From Lentimicrobium sp. (GTDB lineage: Bacteria; Bacteroidota; Bacteroidia; Bacteroidales; Lentimicrobiaceae): 64,000 nt of DNA. The translations under genes were made by a program, and so were the position numbers. Shown one piece after another: positions 56,347 through 64,000 of this stretch. The stretch spans positions 5,031 through 69,030 of the forward strand of contig JAVEQP010000001.1 of NCBI GenBank assembly GCA_034007585.1. Reading direction: 5' to 3'. The stretch's first letter is position 1; every line of letters begins with the position of its first letter. The notes below the pieces were generated by a model. It was not told the origin of the DNA. It saw nothing but the letters and a program-made list of their open reading frames with translations, and ran no database searches.

Positions 56347-57636
56347 TTAATTTTGTTTCATAAGGTCCAACCCAATGTCAGTACGGTAAGTTTTTCCTAA
56401 AAAGTCAATGATACCTGCATTTTGATAACACAATCTGCGGGCTGATTCAATATCAGTTCCCATACTGGTTATGCCCAATACCCTGCCTCCGGCGGTATAA
56501 GTAGCTTCGCTCTTTTCATCCATCATGGTGCCTGCATGAAACACGACCACCCCTTTTGATTTATCCAATCCGAATATCTCAAGCCCTTTGGGATAATCGC
56601 CGGGATAGCCTGCTGAAACAAGCATTACAGTAAGCGCATATCCGGGATCAAAATTTATGTGTTGCTTGTTCAGGGTTTTATCTCTCAACGACAGCAATAC
56701 AGGCATCAGGTCGGAGGTAATTCTGGGCATTACAGATTCGGTTTCCGGGTCGCCAAGCCTCACATTGTATTCAATAACAAAGGGATTGCCTTCCACATTG
56801 ATGAGCCCGACAAAAACGAAGCCCTTGTATAGTATGTTGTCTTTCTTCAATCCATCAATGGTGGGCTGTACGATGCGGTCAATTACTTTTTGCATAAATT
56901 CTTCATCGGCAAAGGCTACCGGGGAAACAGAACCCATACCCCCGGTATTGGGCCCTTTATCCCCGTCTCCTATACGTTTGTAGTCCTTTGCCTCAGGAAG
57001 CAGTTTCCAGTGGGTGCCATCGGTAACCACAAACAATGATAATTCGCTGCCCTGAAGAAATTCTTCGATAACCACCTTATCGCATGATTTGCCGAAGCGT
57101 TTTTTCAGGAGCAATTCTTCCAGTTCACGGTAAGCCTCGCTGATGTTTTCGCATATTAAAACGCCCTTACCTGCGGCCAGACCGTCAGCTTTAATTACGT
57201 ACGGCGGATGCATTTCAAAAAGGTATAATTTGGCCTCTTCGAATTCTTCTGCAGTAAAAGTGCGGTAACGGGCCGTTGGAATCTGATGCCGGCTCATGAA
57301 TGCCTTGGCAAAATCTTTGCTGCCTTCAAGCTGTGCCCCTTTGCTGCCCGGGCCTATCAGATGGATATGTTGAAGCAACGGGTCCGCTTCGAAAAAATCA
57401 ACAATACCATTTACTAAGGGTTCTTCGGGACCAACAATCAGCATTTGAATGTCGTGGTGCAGGCAGGCCCTTTTAATGGCGCTGAAGTCGTTGATACCAA
57501 TGGGCAGGTTTATGCCAGAGGAACGGGTGCCTGCATTGCCCGGAGCAATATAAAGCTGAGTAATAAGCGGCGATTGAGAAAGTTTCCAGGCCATCGCATG
57601 TTCACGACCTCCCGAACCCAGCAGCAAAACATTCAT
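56347..57636 (-). CDS. purD: Phosphoribosylamine--glycine ligase
   Basis: GSGGREHA, LEGSKDFAK, KADGLAAGKGV, GPNTGGMG, EYNVRLGDPE and GGRVL motifs. Confidence 0.97.
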   Translation of the reverse strand: MNVLLLGSGGREHAMAWKLSQSPLITQLYIAPGNAGTRSSGINLPIGINDFSAIKRACLHHDIQMLIVGPEEPLVNGIVDFFEADPLLQHIHLIGPGSKGAQLEGSKDFAKAFMSRHQIPTARYRTFTAEEFEEAKLYLFEMHPPYVIKADGLAAGKGVLICENISEAYRELEELLLKKRFGKSCDKVVIEEFLQGSELSLFVVTDGTHWKLLPEAKDYKRIGDGDKGPNTGGMGSVSPVAFADEEFMQKVIDRIVQPTIDGLKKDNILYKGFVFVGLINVEGNPFVIEYNVRLGDPETESVMPRITSDLMPVLLSLRDKTLNKQHINFDPGYALTVMLVSAGYPGDYPKGLEIFGLDKSKGVVVFHAGTMMDEKSEATYTAGGRVLGITSMGTDIESARRLCYQNAGIIDFLGKTYRTDIGLDLMKQN

Positions 57637-57720
57637 AGCATTTTTTTTGCAAAGAAAAGCTTATTTTTTCGAAGGTGCAGTTTTTTTGGGGATATTAGAT
57701 GAGCAAAATAAATCACTATA

Positions 57721-57753
57721 ACAAAACACCCGCAGTTTTGAGTGCTGCGGGTG
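57721..57753 (-). terminator. Intrinsic terminator after fusA
   Basis: CACCCGCAG-N9-CTGCGGGTG followed by TTTTGT on the minus strand. Confidence 0.8.
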
Positions 57754-57768
57754 CTTAATCAGGTTGGA

Positions 57769-59850
57769 TTATCTGGCGGTTTCCAGCCGTTTTTTTTCGG
57801 CCAGCTTTTTCAGTATTTCTTCTTGTAATGCTTTACTTACCGGCATGTACTGGTAAAATTCCATTGAGTAATTGGCCCTGCCGCTGGAGAGGTTACGCAA
57901 GGTAGTAGCATAGCCGAACATCTCCTGTAAAGGAACATATCCATTGAGCTTTTGCGAGCCTTTACGGTGACGACGCATGGATTCTATCTTACCACGTCTT
58001 TTGTTGAGGTTACCCACAATGTCACCGATGAATTCATCCGGCGTATTCACTTCTATTTTCATCACCGGCTCAAGTAAAACCGGCGTTGCCTTCATAAATC
58101 CTTGCTTAAAGGCAATAGACGCACAGGTCTGGAAGGCAAAATCGGAAGAGTCAACGGGGTGGAACTGACCATCCAGCAATACTACCTTTACGTCAACTAC
58201 CGGGAAACCGGCAAGCACACCAATAGCCATGGTTTTAACAATGCCTTTATTAACAGAAGGAATATATTCGGTGGGAATGGAACCGCCCTTTATCTTGTCA
58301 AGGTATTCATAACCCAGGCCTTCGTTGGGTTCCAGACGAATGTAAACCTGAGCAAACTGACCTTTGCCACCGGTTTGTTTTGAATGGCGATATTCCACCT
58401 CAACTTCCTGTGAAATGGTTTCGCGGTATGCAACAGAGGGCTCACCTACCACTACCGGAATTCCAAATTCGGATTTTAAACGATCTACCAGAATTTCAAG
58501 GTGAAGTTCACCCATACCGGCGATGACCGTTTCCTCAGTTTCATCATCAAAGCGTGCGTGGAAAGAGGGATCTTCGTTTATCAGTTTTGACAGAGCTTCA
58601 CCAAGTTTACTCTGATCTTTCCGTGTTTCGGGATTAATTTTTAATTCTATAACACTGGGTGGAATATGAATGGACTCCAGATGTAACTGTTCGTCCATAT
58701 CGCAAAGGGTATCACCTGTTTTGGTAAGTTTGAGGCCGATAAGGGCTACGATGTCTCCGGGGCCGGCCGAAGTAATTTCTAAGCGTTCTTTCGCGTGTAT
58801 CTTGAGGATACGTCCGATACGTTCGGGCTTGCCTTTGGTGGAGTTCATCACCTGCATGCCGCTGCGCAGGGTGCCGGAATATATGCGGATAAAAGTTTGC
58901 TGTCCAACGTAAGGATCGTGAATTAGTTTAAATGCCAGAGCAGCAAAGGGCTCTTTGGGCGATGGATTGCGAACACGGGTTTTTTCGTGATCATCCACAT
59001 CCATACCCACAGTGGGTCCGATATCCATGGGAGAGGGGAGGTAAGCGACTACTGCATCGAGCAGTTGTGCGATACCTTTGTTTTTATAGGCTGCTCCGCA
59101 AAGTACGGGGGTAATCAATAACTTAAGCGTGGCTTCCCGCGCTGCTGACATCAGCAATTCCTCCGAAATATCTTTGTCTTCCAGAAAGCTGTCAAGGATC
59201 TCCTCATTGAATTCAGCCAGTTTTTCTATGAGTATGCTCCTATATTCACGGGCCTGGGCCAGCATGTTTTCCGGAATCTCCGATACAATGGTTTTTACAT
59301 CCTCAAAGGTGTACATTTTCATGGCAATCAAATCAATGATGCCATTGAAGTGCTCTTCCTGTCCAACCGGAATCTGAAATGCTACTGCGTGAGCATCAAG
59401 ATTCTGGTTCATCTGTGAGATTACATCCAGAAAATCGGCACCGGTACGGTCCACCTTATTCACGAAAGCAATTCTGGGTACTTTGTAACGCTCGGCCTGG
59501 TTCCATACCGTTTCACTCTGAGGTTCAACGCCACCAACGGCACAAAACAATGCTACCATACCATCAATTACCCGCAACGACCGCTCTACTTCTACCGTGA
59601 AATCAACGTGGCCGGGCGTATCAATAATATTGACCTGGTAATCCTTCCAGATACATGAAATGGCAGCAGAAGCAATGGTAATGCCCCTTTCCTGCTCTTG
59701 TTTCATAAAATCCATGGTGGCCTGCCCATCGTGGGTTTCTCCTACTTTACGGTTTACTCCGGTAAAAAACAGGAGACGCTCAGTAGTTGTTGTCTTACCC
59801 GCATCAATATGCGCAGCAATGCCAATATTCCTTAATTTGTTTAAAATCAT
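57769..59850 (-). CDS. fusA: Elongation factor G (stand-alone copy)
   Basis: [48 protein letters not shown] and HPVDSS motifs; no rpsL/rpsG/tuf neighbours. Confidence 0.95.
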   Translation of the reverse strand: MILNKLRNIGIAAHIDAGKTTTTERLLFFTGVNRKVGETHDGQATMDFMKQEQERGITIASAAISCIWKDYQVNIIDTPGHVDFTVEVERSLRVIDGMVALFCAVGGVEPQSETVWNQAERYKVPRIAFVNKVDRTGADFLDVISQMNQNLDAHAVAFQIPVGQEEHFNGIIDLIAMKMYTFEDVKTIVSEIPENMLAQAREYRSILIEKLAEFNEEILDSFLEDKDISEELLMSAAREATLKLLITPVLCGAAYKNKGIAQLLDAVVAYLPSPMDIGPTVGMDVDDHEKTRVRNPSPKEPFAALAFKLIHDPYVGQQTFIRIYSGTLRSGMQVMNSTKGKPERIGRILKIHAKERLEITSAGPGDIVALIGLKLTKTGDTLCDMDEQLHLESIHIPPSVIELKINPETRKDQSKLGEALSKLINEDPSFHARFDDETEETVIAGMGELHLEILVDRLKSEFGIPVVVGEPSVAYRETISQEVEVEYRHSKQTGGKGQFAQVYIRLEPNEGLGYEYLDKIKGGSIPTEYIPSVNKGIVKTMAIGVLAGFPVVDVKVVLLDGQFHPVDSSDFAFQTCASIAFKQGFMKATPVLLEPVMKIEVNTPDEFIGDIVGNLNKRRGKIESMRRHRKGSQKLNGYVPLQEMFGYATTLRNLSSGRANYSMEFYQYMPVSKALQEEILKKLAEKKRLETAR

Positions 59851-60095
59851 TACTAAAAGTTGAAAAAAAAATGATTAAATGAGGCTCAATAGCACAGAAG
59901 CAATTCTTGCAAATGGTTGCTTATCAAATTGATATACAGAGTAATAAATGCAGGGAAGTGCGAAAGAAACCTGGCCCAAAATGGGGTGCAAAGGTAAAAG
60001 ATTTTTTATTTCACCTAACGTAACAGATAAATTTTATTTTATGCTTTATTTTTAAGTCTTTTTATTTCAATTTAGCATTAGTCCGAAGAACTCTT

Positions 60096-60223
60096 GAAAT
60101 TCTCCGCTTTCTCGATAAAAAAACGAGACAAGCTACTCAGAATGACAGTATGTTGTCCCCCCTAAACTCTAAAAAAATCAAACAATGGCTTGTCATTCAG
60201 AACGCAACGAAGTAATGAATTTC
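60096..60223. repeat. Degenerate REP-like palindromic elements
   Basis: CTCAGAATGACA (60136-60147) and TGTCATTCAGAACGCAACGAAG (from 60191) resemble halves of GTCATTCTGAG...CTCAGAATGAC-type REPs. Confidence 0.4.
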
Positions 60224-60465
60224 ATGCTTTAATAAATATTTTGTCGGAGAATAGTGATTCAATTTATTCGCATTTATTGTTAAATTTGTAAAATTCGCCA
60301 GATGTGCAATTGAGATTACATCATGCTGAGGGTTTAAACTTTCTTTCAGTTTGCCTGGTTGTGAAAGAAGAAACCAATGAAAGCTCAGATTTCTTTCGGG
60401 ATAATAATTTATTAATGTAACCATCTTATAAAATGCCTGTCTAACTTTAAAACAGCACATAAATA

Positions 60466-60765
60466 ATGTCGGAAAGGGTTTTTAAGTTTTTGCGGTTTCG
60501 CTGGGAGGCTATCGTTTGGATAGCAGCACTTATTTTGCTGGCCACGATGTCACCTGTCAACGAACATGCAAGCCTTTGTCCGTTTAATGCATTCGGACTG
60601 GGCTTTTGTCCGGGTTGCGGTCTGGGTCATGGCATAGCTTTTTTATTCAGGGGCGAATTTCAGGCTTCCTTTATGGCTCATCCGCTGGCACTGCCTGCTG
60701 TTATAATACTAACGTTGAGAATTGTACATATTTTCAGAACACCACTTCCGGTTATTCACCTTTAA
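60466..60765 (+). CDS. DUF2752-family membrane protein
   Basis: CPF...G..CPGCGLG motif. Confidence 0.88.
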   Translation: MSERVFKFLRFRWEAIVWIAALILLATMSPVNEHASLCPFNAFGLGFCPGCGLGHGIAFLFRGEFQASFMAHPLALPAVIILTLRIVHIFRTPLPVIHL

Positions 60766-60777
60766 AATCATAATCCT

Positions 60778-61137
60778 ATGGCAAACGTTTTACTTCATCT
60801 TCCCGAAATTCAAGGCATTGAGCTTAATTACATCCAGACACTGATCAAAGATTTTAGTGACAAAGAGGCTCAGACTTTCGCAAGCATCTACCGCTCCCGG
60901 CGCAAAGATCCCCAGCTTATTTTGCTTACCTGTCTGGTTGGTTTCCTGGGCTTTGCGGGCATACATCGCTTTCTCACCAATCAGATCGGCATGGGGATAC
61001 TCTACTTTTTTACGGCTGGCTTGTGCTTTATTGGTACCATTATAGATGCCGTAAACTATCAAAACCTGGCATTTGAATTCAATCATAAAATAGCGATTGA
61101 AATAGCTCCACTGGTTAAAAATATGACAATCCAATAA
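60778..61137 (+). CDS. TM2-domain protein
   Basis: GFLGFAGIHRF...QIGMGILYFFTAGLCFIGTIID motif. Confidence 0.9.
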   Translation: MANVLLHLPEIQGIELNYIQTLIKDFSDKEAQTFASIYRSRRKDPQLILLTCLVGFLGFAGIHRFLTNQIGMGILYFFTAGLCFIGTIIDAVNYQNLAFEFNHKIAIEIAPLVKNMTIQ

Positions 61138-61149
61138 GGAATTTACTTC

Positions 61150-62073
61150 TTAAGAGGTAATGAGTTGACCCGTAATCTGGCTGAGGTTGTCCAGCCGATG
61201 CTTTAGCATATATTCTTTTATGCCTTGCACAATTTTTGTGGTCACAGCAGGGTCAATGAAGTTGGCGGTTCCTACCTGAATGGCCGTAGCACCGGCGAGC
61301 ATAAATTCAATGGCATCGTTGGCACCGGAAATTCCTCCTATGCCGATAACGGGAATTTTAACTGCATTGGCCACCTGCCATACCATGCGTAGCGCAATGG
61401 GTTTTATGGCGGGTCCTGATAGGCCCCCGGTAATGGTGCTCAATACCGGTTTCCGTGTTTCGGCATTGATGGCCATGCCCAGTAAGGTGTTTATTAAGGA
61501 TAAAGCATCCGCGCCGGCTGCTTCCACTGCAAGCGCAATTTCAACGATACTGGTAACATTGGGTGAAAGCTTAACAATCAGCGTTTTGTCATAAACTTCA
61601 CGCACGGCCTGGGTTACAGCGATGGCTGAAGGGCAACTGGTGCCAAAAGCCATCCCGCCTTCCTTTACATTGGGGCAGGAAATGTTCAGTTCAATGGCGG
61701 CAATGTGGCTGAGTTTATTCATTTTTTCAGCCACCTCAACATAACCTTCAACTGTAGAATCTGAAACGTTTGCTATGATGTTAGTATTGTATTTTTCCAG
61801 TGTGGGATAGATGTGCCGAACAAAATGATCAATGCCTTTGTTTTGCAAACCTACTGCATTGAGCATACCCATAGCAGTTTCAGCCATTCGCGGGTAAGGG
61901 TTGCCTTCGCGGTGTTTTGAGGTAGTCGCTTTTACAATAACTCCACCCAGAGCATTAACATCAATAAAATCGTCGTATTCATGACCATAGCCAAAGGTTC
62001 CTGACGCTGTTAGCACCGGGTTTTTCAGGTTCAGGTCGTGTATTTTTACCGAGAGGTCCGGGAAAGTGCTCAT
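61150..62073 (-). CDS. pyrD: Dihydroorotate dehydrogenase B, catalytic subunit
   Basis: [30 protein letters not shown] and GGLSG.AIKP motifs. Confidence 0.96.
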   Translation of the reverse strand: MSTFPDLSVKIHDLNLKNPVLTASGTFGYGHEYDDFIDVNALGGVIVKATTSKHREGNPYPRMAETAMGMLNAVGLQNKGIDHFVRHIYPTLEKYNTNIIANVSDSTVEGYVEVAEKMNKLSHIAAIELNISCPNVKEGGMAFGTSCPSAIAVTQAVREVYDKTLIVKLSPNVTSIVEIALAVEAAGADALSLINTLLGMAINAETRKPVLSTITGGLSGPAIKPIALRMVWQVANAVKIPVIGIGGISGANDAIEFMLAGATAIQVGTANFIDPAVTTKIVQGIKEYMLKHRLDNLSQITGQLITS

Positions 62074-62083
62074 TTTGCTGATT

Positions 62084-62908
62084 TTACTGGCTGTTATTTT
62101 CCACAGTGCAGCTTACTTCTATGCCTTTGGTCCATCCTTTAAGCTCGCGTGAATCAAATACCGGGCCCTCGGTGCACACACACTGATTTCCCTGATTGGT
62201 TTCAACCACACAGCATAAGCAGGCTCCGATGCCGCAGGCCATGGTATTTTCAAGAGAAACTTCACAGATTATACCGGCCCTTTCGGCGATATGTGCCACT
62301 GCCCGCATCATTCCATCCGGACCGCAGCAATATATACGGTCAAATTGTAGTTTGCCTTTTGAAAGAATGGAGTGTTGCGTAACCATGCCCTTTTCTCCAT
62401 CCGTGCCATCTTCGGTTGAAACGGCAACACGCCCAAAGTTCTGGTATTCCTTTTGAAGCAAAATATCCGTGGCAGACCTTCCTCCAATGAGTATGGTAAC
62501 ATCGTTTCCCCGCTTTGAGAGTTGTTCCGCAAGAAAATATAGCGGCGCTATACCACAGCCACCGCCAACGAGCAATGTCTTTTTATTGGAAACCAGTGTA
62601 AACCCCTTTCCCAACGGAAGCATTACGTTGAGTATTTCTCCTTTTTTTAGTGCTGACAGGGCCTTGGTGCCTTCGCCCACGGTTTTTATGAGTAGGTGCA
62701 TGCTATTGGCTGCATGGTCGAAGCGATGGATTGAAAAAGGTCTGCGCAGATACGTGTCCGGTTGATTTTCCACCTTCACTTCAGCAAATTGTCCGGGAAT
62801 CATGGCTGGCAATGGAAACTCACTGCTCAGCTCAATCAGATGATGACTGGCGTTGAGCCGGGTGTTGCTGACTACATTTAAATCGAGCAGTTGTTTTTTC
62901 ATTTCCAT
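62084..62908 (-). CDS. pyrK: Dihydroorotate dehydrogenase electron-transfer subunit
   Basis: [22 protein letters not shown] and [11 protein letters not shown]...C..GPVF motifs. Confidence 0.95.
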   Translation of the reverse strand: MEMKKQLLDLNVVSNTRLNASHHLIELSSEFPLPAMIPGQFAEVKVENQPDTYLRRPFSIHRFDHAANSMHLLIKTVGEGTKALSALKKGEILNVMLPLGKGFTLVSNKKTLLVGGGCGIAPLYFLAEQLSKRGNDVTILIGGRSATDILLQKEYQNFGRVAVSTEDGTDGEKGMVTQHSILSKGKLQFDRIYCCGPDGMMRAVAHIAERAGIICEVSLENTMACGIGACLCCVVETNQGNQCVCTEGPVFDSRELKGWTKGIEVSCTVENNSQ

Positions 62909-62955
62909 AGACGGAGTTAAAAAAAAGTCCGTAACTCATTACGGACAGTTCAATA

Positions 62956-63432
62956 CTAAGCCTCAGCTTCAGCATTGCCGGTATCCGGATCAACGGATGC
63001 TTCAGCAGCATCATCCGTGGATTCGGGTTCAGCCGCCTGCGCTTCTTCCGTAAAGTCGAGCAGATCATGCTGCAGTAAAAGGTTGTACCACGACACTACT
63101 TTCTGCATATGTGAAACATACACCCTTTCCTTATCATAATCAGGAATCATTTTATTGAAAAACTCCTTTAAGCCGGTGTTGTCATTTTTGAAGTCAGGAG
63201 CCGGTTTGGTCTCCAGCTTTTCATAAAACGCTTTCAGAATTTCTTTCAGCGGTTTATCTTCGCTTTCGGTAAAGATGCTGATCTCTTCCAGCGAACTGAT
63301 CTTTTCGTGGGTAAATGCCTGAAAGCGCTTCTGATCAACGATTGATTCAACGATGATGCCATTTTTAGCCTGACCAACCAGCTTGTAAAGACCTGGTTTT
63401 CCGGCAATGGCCATGATTTCTTTCAAATCCAT
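62956..63432 (-). CDS. DUF5606-like protein
   Basis: IAGKPGLYK, SSLEEISIFT and PDYDKERVYVS....SWYN motifs. Confidence 0.8.
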   Translation of the reverse strand: MDLKEIMAIAGKPGLYKLVGQAKNGIIVESIVDQKRFQAFTHEKISSLEEISIFTESEDKPLKEILKAFYEKLETKPAPDFKNDNTGLKEFFNKMIPDYDKERVYVSHMQKVVSWYNLLLQHDLLDFTEEAQAAEPESTDDAAEASVDPDTGNAEAEA

Positions 63433-63492
63433 AGGAATGCTTGATTATTTTTGACAAAAGTAAACATTATCGGGAATAATGAAAATTCTTTC

Positions 63493-64000
63493 TCAGATTA
63501 GCTTGTAATTGCGATACTCCCCGATGCGCCACCCTGAAACCTGTTCAATACCATGCAATAGTTTTGATTTTAAAGGGAGCTTTGTTTTTGTCGGATCAAA
63601 ACTAAACTGCCAGTTGCTGCGGGCAATGCGCGGTTTCATCACTTCAGGATGTTCACCCCGGAAGTGAGCCAGGGAATCTATCTGTGAATAATCAAATTCA
63701 TCTACTTTCGGAATTTTCTTTTCCACCCAGGCATCATCGTGCCAGAGTTTATGAAAATATTCCTGCTTTGCCTGCTGAAGCTGTGGCGGTTTTACCCAAC
63801 CATAATGATACATGGTGGCCTCAGTCCGCTTTACCTGAAGCGGGCGGTTGTGTTTACGGAAACCCTGTGCATCGCGGTATGATCGTATGGATTTATCGTT
63901 TCGGACAATGCGAACTTCATTACGATACCAGCGCCGGCTGTCGCCAACATAATCATACGAGCCATAAAAGTGACAGTATTTCAGGAGTAAACCTTCTACT
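63493..64000 (-). CDS. Glycosyltransferase family 2 (5' end outside the window)
   Basis: Frame is open to the window edge: HFYGSYDYV...RRWYRNEVRIVRN...YRDAQGFRK...MYHYGWVKPP. Confidence 0.85.
   Translation of the reverse strand, partial: VEGLLLKYCHFYGSYDYVGDSRRWYRNEVRIVRNDKSIRSYRDAQGFRKHNRPLQVKRTEATMYHYGWVKPPQLQQAKQEYFHKLWHDDAWVEKKIPKVDEFDYSQIDSLAHFRGEHPEVMKPRIARSNWQFSFDPTKTKLPLKSKLLHGIEQVSGWRIGEYRNYKLI

Noticed and set aside
57769-59850. fusA as the GTPase-dead Bacteroides EF-G2 or a TetM-like ribosome protection protein
   Set aside because: G1, switch I and domain III-V motifs are canonical EF-G1 type.
60197-60460. 87-aa minus-strand ORF
   Set aside because: No motif or plausible composition; overlaps REP-like relics and the promoter region of the DUF2752 gene.
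1-64000. rRNA, tRNA, CRISPR, integrase/transposase and classic riboswitches (TPP, B12, FMN, SAM)
   Set aside because: No supporting motifs were seen by eye. A tRNAscan/cmscan run would be needed to exclude weak hits.

Overview
Chromosomal window from a Bacteroidota bacterium, probably Bacteroidales-like. This rests on TAnnTTTG promoters, A-rich translation starts, T9SS C-terminal domains and DUF4783/DUF4834/DUF5606-type genes. About 1-22 kb and 40-64 kb are housekeeping or envelope genes with intact reading frames: ddl, rluD, rnk, rdgB, rlmH, nadC, a nonulosonic-acid (neu/leg) cluster with flippase and transferase, gpsA, GT4/YfhO, rpmH, pepD, rsmG, an OmpR-type two-component pair, glucosaminidase-LysM, rnhB, purD, a stand-alone fusA, pyrK/pyrD and GT2. 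Between gpsA and the GT4 gene (~22.1-40.2 kb) is a visibly AT-richer accessory region with no integrase, transposase or tRNA. It holds an Xre-RES module with a frameshifted toxin, a Fic gene whose promoter carries three operator-like repeats, and an ~11 kb co-oriented minus-strand array of membrane, zinc-ribbon, TPR and MORN proteins. The array lies downstream of a NarL regulator and a 6TM histidine kinase, with a TPR-AraC regulator beyond them. The array's intergenic regions reuse two leader modules: a 58-bp structured element 21-22 nt before start codons, and a micro-ORF MKQTREPP(K)* followed by a TGAA-GAAA-TTCA hairpin. The other strong non-coding signals are a tandem pair of near-identical ~112-nt terminator-ended sRNA candidates (50472 and 50814) and a leader-peptide plus terminator attenuator before rnk. 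No CRISPR, rRNA or tRNA was found. All family assignments come from motif recognition by eye, not database searches.
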